DNA from: Gnetum montanum
Lineage: Eukaryota; Plantae; Gnetophyta
NCBI GenBank assembly: GCA_015680685.1
Contig: MNCI01001083.1
Coordinates: forward strand, 363,989 to 427,988
Length of the DNA stretch: 64,000 nucleotides
Reading direction: 5' to 3'
Both the position numbers and the translations under genes were made by a program. How positions within the stretch are numbered: position 1 is the stretch's first letter; each line of letters opens with the position of its first letter. This document shows positions 26,536 through 39,399 of the stretch, one piece after another. Below the pieces are notes generated by a model, which saw nothing but the letters and a program-made list of their open reading frames with translations, made no database searches and was not told the origin of the DNA.

Positions 26536-27299
26536 AGCCCTAAAGGTAACCAAGGATGTGCATATAGGCAAACGATGTGATGAAATAGGATTAGCAAACA
26601 ATCCGAGTTCTAAGTGGGTAGTAGGTATAGGGCAAAATGTAGTAGTAGGCAGCAAGGCAAGGCATTGGTGATGAGTAGGTAGTGGTGGCTAGTAGGCAGC
26701 GGGCTCAAGGTAGTATGTGGCAGTAGAAGGCAACAAGGACGAGCACAGTGGGAACAAATGATGCATGGTGCATGGCTACCCAAGGACCAACCCTTTGTAG
26801 CCATCAACCAAGATTAGCAATATAGCCTAGCTATAGCTGGCAGCCCAACCAATTGCAGTTGGTAAGAGGATCAGTTGTAGCCCTGTTGAGGGTTTGGATT
26901 TTTTTTAATATAAAATTTTAAAAGTCAAGGCTTGGAATCAAACCTAAGACCTTCGGCCTTTCATTTTTTAAATAAAAATTAATAATTAATAATTAAAAAA
27001 TTTCTCTTTTTTTCAAAATTAATCTTAAATTTTTTTTAAAAAAATACTTTTAAAATTTTAAAACTGCATGTAACCCAAGAATTACTGTATCTCCCAAACC
27101 ATAAGTCAGATTTTGACAAAATTGGTACCATTGTAATTGTATTGGAGAGTACTACACATTGAGCTAGTAATAATGTCATTTTAGTAAACCTAGAAATCAT
27201 AAAATCAGAAAAAGTAAGCATTAGATTTATCAAGTCCTTGATTAACTTAAGTTAAAACTTCCTCTTTACTTTTGCTAAGATTCTTGCAATTGTATTATG

Positions 27300-29580
27300 A
27301 ATATGAGAAGAAGAAAGACTTTGCTAATCAAAACCTACTATCAGCAGAAGATTGAAAGATTCTATCAGCATATAAGCTTGAATATTTTCTACTATCAAAG
27401 GATTCTAACCGTCCTCATCATGGCCCTAAAGATCTCTTTCACATAGCCCTCAATTGGACACTATTATTTTGCATCAAAATAATGTACTCACTATTTCGAA
27501 TTCTGTTCGTAGATTACTTGGGAAGGAGGGGATTTAGTACCTTAAAACTTCAAGGTTATCTAATTTACTTGGCTTCCCTATTTTTAAACTCTCCCATTGC
27601 AAAGGTGTTCTCATGGAATAGTGTGAATAGTATAATAGTAAGAAAAGTTCCACTTTCCAGTTGGTTTTTGGAGCAATAACAATCCTTCCTTATGATATTT
27701 GAATAGCCTTGGGTTTTCAACAATGAAATAATCCCTTAATTTTATCAAATTTCTCTTAAGAATTTAAATCATTTTGCAAAATGAAATTATCTAATTGTGT
27801 TATTGATTCTACTCTTGGCAAAAACCAATTTGTTTGTAGAGATTTCATTAATGAAATTCACTTTGAATTATGTCTACTCATCTTTAGTAAGGTTTTGTGG
27901 TATAAACATCAATCCTATGTTAATTTTTATTCTATTTACATACTTCATTGTGTCATAACTAGTCATTGTCTTGTTTCTCTGCCTGGTATAATGCCATGAC
28001 TAGAATTACTACTGCCTAGCAAAATCTTGTTAAATCTTATACCATATGTTGTGTACCCTTGTTCATGTGTTTGATCCTAAGTTATGAACATCCAAACAAA
28101 CATTTTAGTCATTAAAATCCTCAATTATGTCGTGAATTTCTCGAAGATGAAAAAATTATAAGCAGTAGGATTGTGAATGCCAAAAAAAGTCAACTGGCTT
28201 TATAGCAAGCTCAAAATTAAGAGGAAACCAACGAGGTATTTTTATATATATTTTGTTTCTTTATTTTTGATTACATAGTTATTTTATGTATTTGATAGTG
28301 CAATCTGGACTACAAAATGAATTGATTTAGAGTGCCTAAGCTAGAGCTACATAGGCTAAAGAAGCTTAAGGTACTTCAACCTTTGGTATGGTTCAGCCAT
28401 GAGAATAGATCACACTTACCACTCCCAAGGTATATATATATATATATAATAACTTAATTTAATGCCTTATTTTCTTTTCTAATAAATTTATTTTTGCAAA
28501 GGCACTGTACTAGGCAAAGTTCTAGCAGTTCAGTAGTTGTATGAAAACAAGCCCAACAATAGGCCCAACAATAACCCCAACAAAAAACTCAACATTAAAG
28601 TACAAGAAAAGATAAAGGAAAGAAACCAAAGGTAAGTTTTAATTATTTGAAGGTTTGGATACTTTCCAATTTTCTTTCTTATATCTTGTATGATGTTGAT
28701 CCTTTTTTGTGTTGTAGAAGTCTATGGAGCAGTAGTACTTAATCTGAGAGATGAATAGAGATAATGTAGATGCCACTTTCGAACAAACTCCTATTCCTTC
28801 ATCTAGATCACCAGGCATGTCTTCTTTTTTTATGACACCTATAAGAGGTTCCTTTTCACAAGTAGTGTGGACACCAGTTCTTGAGCCTATTGCAGTGATT
28901 CCTTCTTTCTTTATCTCGAGTTTTCCTTATTCAATGGGACAAATAGTGGTGACTACCAAAGAAGAACTCATGCTTCTTTGGTATCTTGGTCAGCAAATTT
29001 CTAATAACAAACCCTATTTTATTCATGAGGGTGTTTAACACTTACAGGAGTCTTAGTCATGCAACTTCAAGGTAGACTATGATTTAGTACCGACTAGAGG
29101 TCCATCATCTTTGCATTCAATTCCCAATGATGCTCCAAATGTTGTAAAAGATTTGGAGCAACTCTTAGGAGAATTAGAGAGTGAAACATGCTTCGCTCAC
29201 CATCTAGAGACTCATGAATAGTTCCTCAAAATTGACAACGATTAATTTTAGGTAAATAATTTTTATTCTTTACTCTTTCCTCTTCTCTATTTGTTCATAA
29301 CTTATAATTTTAGTCTTGTTGATGTAGAGGAAAAATAAGAAATGACAAAAGGACATGTATGATGGATCAATTTAGATAGAGATGCTGAAGACCAACTTAA
29401 AAGAAAGGAGGAATCAATAGTTATAATAAGGCATGCAACCAAGTACATTAAGCAATTGTGTGATAGATTGGCTAGATTTAAGACAGTGCTTAGCAAGAAG
29501 GATGCCATTGATAAAGAAAGGGAAGCACAATTTAAAATATTCATAGATCTCCTCGACTCATTCAATGGAAAAAAATGATC
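27300..29580 (+). pseudogene. Antisense, multi-intron Plant Mobile Domain (PF10536-like) pseudogene inside element C
   Basis: Frame 27472-27999 reads YLKTSRLSNLLGF...GVLME*CE*YNSKKSSTFQLVFGAITILPYDI*IALG, resembling the PMD motif LVERW..ETHTFHLP.GEMTITL.DV..ILG; short GT-AG introns 28236-28298, 28430-~28501, 28632-28717, 29252-29313; coiled-coil last exon ending TGA ~29578. Confidence 0.65.
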
Positions 29581-29740
29581 AATGTTGTTTTTTTACATCG
29601 TTTTCATCCTTATATTCTACTTCTTTCTACATTTTTCTTTTACATATACTCTGCTTGTACCTCTATTTTATGGTAATAATAAATAAAATAATATTTTATT
29701 TTACTTTGGCTCCTAAATCATAGTTTTCTCTAATACCAAA

Positions 29741-30236
29741 TGTGACATCCCATTCCTGGATGTTGTAAAAAATATGATCACTTAGTTTATCACATTTATT
29801 TTTTTCTTAAATAATATAATGGAAACATCATAAATACTTAATAAATGAATTAATTGACAAATAAATAATTGGCACTACATAATAAAAAGGAAAACATAAA
29901 AATTTTATTAATAAGAGATAGTACTATGATGCCCTCTGGGTTATCTTCTTATGCTACTTAAGCCTCAGAGGCAATCCAACACTACCACCATGGTTAGGCT
30001 ATCCAACCAAAGGGGTGATCAATCCCTTATTGTCCCACTTCACCCAAATCTTGTCACTTGCCTTTCTAGGCCCCAGAACTTCATGTCGACATGACCTCTA
30101 AACCCAACCTTAAATGGCATACGTTAAATCCTTTCATGAATAATCGTAACTCCTCATAATGAGGTGTCTCTTCATTTAAAGGTTAATTACATTATTTACA
30201 ATTGTTTCCACCCTTAACAAGGGATGGGACATTGCA
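29741..30236 (-). repeat. 5' LTR of element C
   Basis: Direct repeat of 20235-20742, adjacent to Met-type PBS. Confidence 0.9.
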
Positions 30237-30499
30237 ATGTCGTACTTCACCTAGCACCCATTACTAACCTTTAGTGGCTCCATAACTCCATGCTAATACA
30301 ACCTTTAATGCCTAGGTATAAATACATTAGGTCGACCCCACAAAGGTCACCTTGAGAGACATGTCTATTTTTACAACACATCCTTTTAGGTCTTAATTAC
30401 ACTTTCCTTTTAGGTTTTGTTACAATAATGATAACACTTATTATGAACAGGCATCATCTTTGTTATGCAGCAGCAACATTTGGGAATTGGGACATTACA

Positions 30500-33400
30500 C
30501 ATCATATTATGGATGATATACACTAGAAAAATTCAAATTTATTCCTAAAATTTTCCACGTGGATCTTAAAAAATGACTAATAAACTTGGAGTCTGTATCA
30601 CTAATAATGTTCAAAGAAATTTCATGTAACTTCAAAACATGCTAAAAATATAAATTTTTTACATGAGATGCATCACTCACCTTTTTGCACCAAATGAAGT
30701 ATGCCATCTTGGAAGACCTATTCATCACAATAAGAGTAGCATCTTTCTTACTTTTGACCTTCAGAATATCACTCACAAAGTCCATTAACATACTTTTCCA
30801 TGGACCCTTGGGAATTGGAAAAGGCATGTAATGTCCATCTGCTCCTTTATCTCCTTGGAATTTTTAACATGTCAAACACTCTAGAAATTTTAAAACTTCA
30901 GTTACCATAACTAGTCAAAAATAGTACCTACCCATAATTTCCAATCTTTTATGTCTACCCATATGAACTTCCATGCCACTATCATACTTTTAAAATAAAA
31001 TCTTTTTCTTGAAATCATAATTAGGAACATACCTTCTTATTCTTGAATAGTAGTTCATCTTGAATATGATAGTCCCTCCATTGGTTTATCCTACTCAATA
31101 ATAGTTCCTTGAAGTTCCTACAAACCTGCTCAAAATTTGAATCATGTTCATAAAAATTAGTAAAATCATTCATACCTTCAACATGAGGCATGCTAAAACT
31201 CACCACATGCATCCTAGATAATGCATCAACCACCACATTGTCTTTTCCACTATTATGCTTGAGCATAAAATTGAACTCCTATAACTATCTAATCCACTTC
31301 ATGTGTTTAGCACTCAATTTTTTAAAAAAAATTTAGAAGCTCAAAACATTTATCATCAAATTGAACTCCTTAGGAAATAAGTAATGCCTCCAATGCTTGA
31401 TTTCTTTAAAAATAGTGTACAACTCCTACTAATGTATGTTGTATATTCACCTAGATTCATTCAACTTTTCATAAAAGAAAGTAATAAGCTAAAAATATCA
31501 CTAAATTTTTTATGAATCTCATATAAAAACTTGCTAAACAAAGGAATAATCTTACCTTCCTAACATTCTTAGGAGTTGACCAATCTCTAATATTCCTTAA
31601 CTTGGTAGCTTTTATCTGAATTTTGTTTTTAGAAACTACGTGTCTGAAGTATGTAATTTTTCTCTAGGAGAAATGGCTTTTTTTTACATTAATCATCAAA
31701 TGTACCTACTCCAATTTAAGACACACGTTTCTCAAATGATCTAGGTGCTCCTCCTTATTATATTTGTACACAAAAATATCATCAAAAAATCATACAACAC
31801 TTACCAATCAAATCTTTGAGTACATAATGCATCAATCTCATGAATGTAGTAGATGCATCTATGAGCCCAAGCCCAACTAGCATTACCAACCACTTAAACA
31901 ATTCATCTAACGTTTTGAAAGCTATCTTCCATTCATCACCAAGCCTAATTCAAATATAATGGTAACAACTCTTCAAATCAATTTTTCTAAAAACATCTAC
32001 ATTAATAAGCACATCAAGGATATTATCCATCCCTAGAATAGATAACTTGTACCTCACTATTATCTTGTTCACTATCCTATAATCAATGCACATCCTCCAT
32101 TCATCATTGTCCTTATTTAGCACAAGCATTACTAAAATTGCACAAGGTGAAATTAATTCCCTCATAATGCCATTTTCAAGTAACTCCTCTACTTATCTTT
32201 GTAATTCTACTTACTAATTCAGTGTCATCAAGTCTACCCTCTTGTTTGAAATGGTACCATCAAGGATGAGATAAATTTGGTATCATACACTCCTCATTGG
32301 TGGTGATCTATCCTAGTCATCATTGAACACCTTAGAAAATTATTCCTTCAAACCTTACACACTTGTTGAAATTTCTACCTACCAATCATCATGGTTATAA
32401 GTAACATCTAATACAACAATAAAACCAAAACTAATTTCATCATGTTTCTTAATGTATTCTCTCTCTCCTAGAATAATTAAGGAACTATTAAGTGATCTTT
32501 TATACCTCACTTATTTAATCAACTCATGGATTCCATTAGCTCTAGCTATACTCCATACATTTCTTTCCCTATCAAATCAAAAATTCTTGTCAAAATTCCA
32601 AGGTCTACTAATTATTACATTTTTGTAATTAATTAGAAGTACATCACATTTTACCACATCATGAAAACTCCCAATTTTAAATTTTAAAACATATTGTTCT
32701 CTAACCTCTTGAGAGAAATATCTTGATAAGCAATGTACCTTGTAGGATCTAGGATGAGGCTTAGTTACCAAACCCAATTTAGCAATTGCTTTAGATGTAA
32801 TAACATTTTCTTGGGCTTCCCCATCAATCAAAATATGAATTCATTCATCACTAAGTAAACATCTAGCCCTAATCAAAAATAACAACTTTCTAGAAGGATG
32901 ATCTTCCCTATTCAAATTCCTCATGAATGCATAAGAATTTAATTCAAAAAATTCTTTAATATTGGAAGCATTAGGATTACCTCTTTTAAGAGCTTATCTA
33001 AATGCCTCATCTATTTCAACGGTTTACACATCCTTATCCTTAGCTATCTTAATAAGTCAACATTCCCTTTGCTTATGTCGCCATTCTTCACACTTGAAGC
33101 ATGGAATATTTGTTGAGCTATTTCCTTGATCCTTGCCTCTCTTATCTTGGTCCTTCTTTGCTTTGTCCTTATTATTGCCCTTTTCTATCTTCTTGTAATG
33201 GCTATCATCCCTATCTTCATATTTAAACTTGGATCCCTTCACTAATTTGAATCCCTTGTCCTTTCCCTTGAAAGATTGTTTGTCTATGTTCCCATATCTA
33301 CTTAGTTTATTTTTTGTCTTGAGTATCAAATCATAAGTCTAATTAATATTTTATGACTCATAAAATTATATCTCCTACTAATAGACCATTTTGAAACCTC

Positions 33401-36269
33401 CTATAAAGATTCAAACATGTTCATACTTCTCCCAATTTACCTTAGCTTAATGGAATAGATCAAAAAAATTAAGATAGAACTCCTTGACATCTTTTTCAAC
33501 TTCCATTAGGAACTTCAACTTCATGATTGCCTCATGCCTTTGATGAGATCATTTAAATTTCCTTCTTAACATGTATTTTATCATCTTCCAATCCTTGATA
33601 GGTTATCTATTTTTCCTTTCATAATCTTGGCACTCCATCTCCCATGAAGTAAAAGCTCATGAAACATAATATGTCAAGTACCTGAGTTGTGGGGATAAGA
33701 TAAAGCATCATTTTATCAAGTGTATCAATTAGCTAAGATATCGTAAATGCTATATCATAGATGCTACGCTACATCTACATTGTAGCACCCATGTTCATGT
33801 GTCTCAATTGGTTGTTATATCATAGATGATATATTTGCATCTACTATATTGTAGATGTGATATCACATATGCTATAACTTAGTTGTGTCAACACATCTTT
33901 GTTGATGCATCCCCATTGATGCATCAAAATCAGTTAATGCATTTCCATTGATGCAATGCTTATATTTACCTATAAATATGCAAGCGCCCATTGCATATTT
34001 AGCATCATTTGATCAATACCATAGATGAATTCTTGTAGTTTTATTATCTAATCTTAGTAAACAGTCAATGAGTGCACATAGAGTGGACTTCAAATAACTA
34101 TATGACATCTTATTCGAGAATAATTATACCTAGATAGATTCCATGACTGGTAATAAGATTAAGATTGATTCATATTCATTACAATACTTTAACTTAGAAT
34201 AGATTTTATGTCAAGGTAATTTACTTTCTATGTACTTAGATAATATTTACATTTATATGTACATTAATCAATCAGTGGAATGAGCACAACCAGTTTTAAG
34301 CATAAACACATATTTTCTTAGTAATCCCAATAGCGTTATTGCTTGAATCATCCAATAGCATAACACTTGGTAATCCCAATAGTGGGTATGTGATTTTAAG
34401 ACATGTATGACAAGCTAGAAATAGACACTCATTGTCCTTATGATAGTTTATGATTTAATTTTATTATTAATTATATTAAATAATGAATTTCTATGTTATT
34501 GAATAATTTAGTTGAAGGCCCCAAAAACATCCTAATCATATGCCTCACTTTAGACTAAACCATACATGACAAAGCTACTACTAGTCCAAGTGGGAAGATA
34601 GTTCCCTAAGAGTAACACTTAACAATCTAGATACCACACTAGTTCCATCCATAAAATTTGATTGGATTGCATGTGAATACTTATGATTCATATGGTTGGG
34701 TGTAAAGAGCACTTGATGCTCATCAAAAACCATACCCTCTAATCTATATTAAATAATTAGTACCCTTAATTAATTTAGTACCTCTTCTAACTTAAAACAC
34801 TTATCAAGTGTCTTCACCAACTTGAAAAGGCATTGGTATCATCTACACCATTAAAAGTCTTTCATTTTGCATAAAGGATTCTAGCAATATTTCTAAAAGC
34901 TTTAGTAAGTCTTTCACTATCCTCATTATCAAGTTTTCCATGAGAAGAAGTTGATGTCAGCAATGAAGCTCTTAGAACTCTAATCTAAGGAAGTAGATTT
35001 CCTCCCATTAGAATCCTTAACTAATGGGTTCCAACACTTTGATAGCTAGATTTTTCTTCCTTATCATCTACTCCTTGAAAAATCTGAGAAACTTCTTTAC
35101 CACAATTTCAACATGAATACTTGTCATCTCTATGAGTTGGAAAATAGCTAGGACCTACTTTGCTATCTACCTTGGTATTGATTTCATCCACTTAGGTAAC
35201 CATTAGCTGAAAGGCAAATATCATGTTCCTCATATCTTTGTTCAAGTCTTGAACTTGTTTCTTCTTAGACATAATCTAAACTTGACAAAAACCAATGACC
35301 AAATTTCCAAGCAACTAACCTTTTCTCTAATACTAATAACACTGGAATAAGTTCACTAATATTAATTTAACCTTTAATTTCCACTAAATATAGATATTAC
35401 AAAAGGAAATCAATATGCTAAAAGATAAGAAAACTAGCTATCTTTAATTATATAAAGAAGATTATAGTTAGTGATTTCACAACCTACAACAACACAGTTC
35501 ACTCATAAATACTCAAGTATATTAGAGAGCATAAGGCTCTATAATCATACAACAATTTTTCTTAATGAAAAACATAAATGAATAAGATCAAACTAACATA
35601 GGCATATAAGAGACATAACATAGGTCAAACACACATACAATTTAACCATAGAGTTATATACACAATCATGCACTCTCAAGCTTGGGCTCTCATGCCATTC
35701 TCAGCATCTATCAAAACATGAAACACAATAATATTTATTGGAATTTGAAGATAAGAAATCTAGAAACCTTTTATTAAGCTCAATATGAATATCCCTATCT
35801 ATTTCTAACATTTTTTTTCTTTTCTTAGTTGTTTCTCAATTTGGAACTACTAATCTAGAATTTTTCCTAGTCATACAAGTTGTCTCTAGGATTTTCAAGA
35901 CATCTCCTACAAAAACCAAGCATTCGTATGAAACATTTCCTAGAAGTGAGAGACATAGTCTAAATATGTGAGACATCTCCCCTAGTAATGGGAAGTCTTC
36001 CTTAGCAATGGAACATCTCCCCTAAGAAAACTCCAAATAAGTTAAGACATCTCCTCAAGAACCAAGATGTCTCCTCCACATGTGAAACATCTCATGTCAC
36101 AAGCCAGCTTCCAGTAGAGATGTCTTCCAAACATGTAATATGTCTCACATCTAATCTTGATTCTTAGTCAAGACATTTTTCTAACCTTCAATATGTCTTT
36201 CCATCTTCTAAAATCTACAAAAATCATCTATAGCAAGGTACAAAAGGAACCAAAAGAGATGTCCCTACA
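30500..36269 (-). mobile_element. CRM-like Ty3/gypsy element, 3'-truncated (element D)
   Basis: CFKCEEWRHKQREC knuckle, IDGEAQENVI...KLGLVTKPHPRSY (CRM-type protease), SPCAILVMLVLNK..WRMCIDYR (RT), GKDNVVVDALSR, PWKSMLMDFV (INT); decayed Met PBS ~35324-35335; putative 5' LTR 35337-36269. Confidence 0.75.
33698..34725 (+). repeat. Old Athila-family LTR with PPT remnant inserted in gag of element D
   Basis: gagttgtggggata|agataaagcatcatt matches PPT/LTR start of element A; TATAAATA ~33971; ends ...GCTCATCA. Confidence 0.75.
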
Positions 36270-36580
36270 CCAATTCAACCAAGAAAACAACAAAATTGTT
36301 AAACATTGTATTCTTTTCAATTTGTATAAAAAACTATGAGATTTTCATTGTAAACTCAAAATAAAATACTTACAGGATAAAATAAAGAAGAAATTAGACC
36401 TAGAATGCAAGTTTTTGAGTAGTAAAGATCATTATTAGGGTATGTTCTCTCTCTGTAGTTTTCATAATCAATTTGAAATATTTAAAATGAAATTTTATAG
36501 TTAATGTTTATACTTATAATCACATTAAATATGCCTAACAACCACAACATCATGAGCATTACATGGTGATAAATTAACAG

Positions 36581-37440
36581 TGATGAGTGGCGAGGTATCC
36601 CTACTCTCAACCATATGAATACAAGCGTCCTCACATGATCTGGTCGAATTCCAGGGACTAAGTGCTTATGGACCTTTACAGAACCAGGACAGGTTAGTCA
36701 ATCATTGTCTTCCCAAGCTTACTTGTATGGCATGGTTGTATGGTTAAGTAAAATCAAGGTATATGATTTTTATATATTTTTTATGTTTATGTCCTAGTGC
36801 TACAAAGGGAGAAGTGAACTAATTAAGTAACTAATTCAATTTAACTAATCTACTATGCTCTAACTAGTCCTACACTACCATCCGTTCCCACTTGTTGTAC
36901 ACATCCTAAACTAGTGCAACACTACTAGAATTACCAAATGCTAATCTTTACTGGGTTACCAAGTGTTCCATGCATGCTCAAAGTGGTTGTACTGAGTGTG
37001 CTTACTTGGGGGAGTTAACAAGAAGAGAGGAAGAGGGAGAGAACATTAATTAACTAAGGAAAGCATTAAATAACTATAAATAACATTAAATAAGAAATTC
37101 TAAATGCTGCAAGATTTATCACAAAGTTCATCTTTCTTTCTAACCACAAGGTGTGCTCAGGTACACAATGCTCAAATAAAGATCCGTTTGCTTTATGACT
37201 CCTACTTCAGGCTCTTAGAAATAATTCTAACTCTAAGAAGGGAAAAAGGAAAGAGTTCTAGTAAGGGACTAAGACTAAATTAGCTCACTACTATCAAACC
37301 AAGTGCACCCACCTCTTATTTATAAGTGACAAGATAGGCCCCAATATCAGATGTCTGATATTGCTTGGAAGGCTCCGATATCGCATACTCAATATCATAT
37401 CATGGATGCGATATCATGGCCCCAATGTCGTGGCTCATCA
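36581..37440 (-). repeat. 3' LTR of element E
   Basis: TGATGAG...CTCATCA, direct repeat of 45086-45958. Confidence 0.93.
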
Positions 37441-39399
37441 TACCTCCATGACTGAATAAAAACTCATCCTCAAGTTCCTTACAAAATATTGGAAAGGTAC
37501 GGGATTATTGATTGAATTATAACTGACAGCGACAGGGAATAATATACTCAAAGTGCCTAATGAACAGATCGACAAACATATTACAACATTGGTGTTCACG
37601 CCCATTGTGGTGAACACTGTACATAGATGATACCTAGACCCTCATCTGATAGCTTGGAGAGAAAGAGAGAGAGAAAAGAAAATGAGGTGCATTGCTACCG
37701 ATGTTAGAAATGTGCATTCCGTTGTCCATCCATAGCCCCATGACCAAACTTGTTCCTTGCATAAATGCTTCAGCTCTAGTCCATCCCAAGTGCTTCCTCC
37801 TATCCCAGTCCATTGTTCACAATCACAAATTAGCAAGGATAGATAAGCCATAATGTAGCTAATACCTTGCCTCGATATAAGCACATTAGCCGGGTTGTGG
37901 GTATGGCAAATACTAGGTTAGAGGTTTTTAACTGATAACTACCCAAGGTGTAGGGGTGAGATAGGTAATTGAATGGAAAAATTTGTGATAGGATTCCCAT
38001 GACTAAGAGCGATCCTCCGGTAGCGATAGGATGGAAAAACTGAAGGAACAATGAAGATGAGGGAAATAACAACGGTGAAGTTAATAAAATGGATCTCATG
38101 GATGGGGATGAAACAATAAATGGTTGATTGCAAAGAATGTTTAAGGAAAAGAACTTAACAATTGCACCAAAAAGAAATGTTAGTGGGTCCTCCCCAAAGT
38201 AGGCCCATGCCTTATATGCCCTGATAGACCCACAAACCAAAGAGTTCATAGGCTCTTAGAATGACATACAAAAACAATGGTTAAGAACTTACCGACAAGA
38301 GTTTATCGAAGACTAACAATGTGTCAACCAAGACATAGACTAATCAGAAAACCAGCAATGAGGTGGAATATGGGAAGAAACATGGAAGGAGGGGAGGAAA
38401 TGGAATGGAATCCCAAGAGCAAGGTTGTGTAAAGTCAGTTGTGTATTATATGGTTAAAGGAACTGAATAAAATTCATCCCAAGTTCAGACTCACCAACCA
38501 CATCTAGTGACCTCACATCAATACATTTGACCAACCCATCCTCGTGAAGCAATAAGAATGCATCCATCGAGTCACCACCATTCCAAGGAGAGAAAGATAG
38601 GGAAGAAGGAAGTGAGAAAGAGCCTTAGTTAGAGGGAACCTTCAAGCATAGGTACCATGTCTTTTTAGTGCCATAACTAGTGTTTGCAGCCCATGTTTCT
38701 TATTATGTCTAAGGGGTATGCTTTGAATTCCTACTAGTGTTTTTTTTTGTGAGAACCATAGCATGCAAAGACTTATTTAGATTCATTCAACTTCTTAATA
38801 TTTGATCAATAGTAGAATGGTAGAAGACTCATGAAAAGCATCCAAGTACCTAAGAGAATAGTTAGAACAAATGCATCGAATCCCCTTGAAGTCACATCTT
38901 TTTCAATCCATTTGAATCTTCCCTTGGTTCAAAAAGTACTAAGCCACCAGTTCATTAATAAGTTTTTCTTAGGAAAAAGGGATAGTACACTTCCAAACAA
39001 ATGGGAAACATTTAGTTGAAGGAATGAATGGATGATGTGGGCTCATTGCTTATTTTATATAAAAAAAACCATATCTTAGTATCAACATTGAAAATCAAAG
39101 GTAAAAACCAAACATTAATAATCAACACCATTATAAGACAATCCATCATCATGAGCACTTAGTGTATGATGAATGAAAGTAAATCAAACAAACAAAGAAA
39201 TAGTAAAAATGATAATGATGGTGTAAAATAAAAAATAAGTAAATATGAAAACATGTGTAGAACAAAAATGTATAAAACATAAATACAAAAGGAACTGAGG
39301 GCTAAGAATGATTAGCATTGGTGGCCATCTCCCCCATGACTAAGTTGGAGGGAGGAGATCCAAAATAATGAATAGGGTTTTCCACCAACAGAGGTAGTA

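Larger units (their letters stand above)
20235..30236 (-). mobile_element. Full-length Tekay-like chromovirus (element C)
   Basis: Paired ~0.5 kb LTRs, PBS ctctaatacca (~29727-29738), PPT (20743-20758), gag-PR-RT-RH-INT-chromodomain; TSD not recognisable. Confidence 0.88.
19912..30499 (-). repeat. Older related LTR (19912-20234 + 30237-30499) split by the Tekay-like element
   Basis: tRNA-Met PBS (ttgatacca, ~19901-19909) adjacent; both flanks resemble the inserted element's LTR and join colinearly; ends ...GGGACATTACA. Confidence 0.6.
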
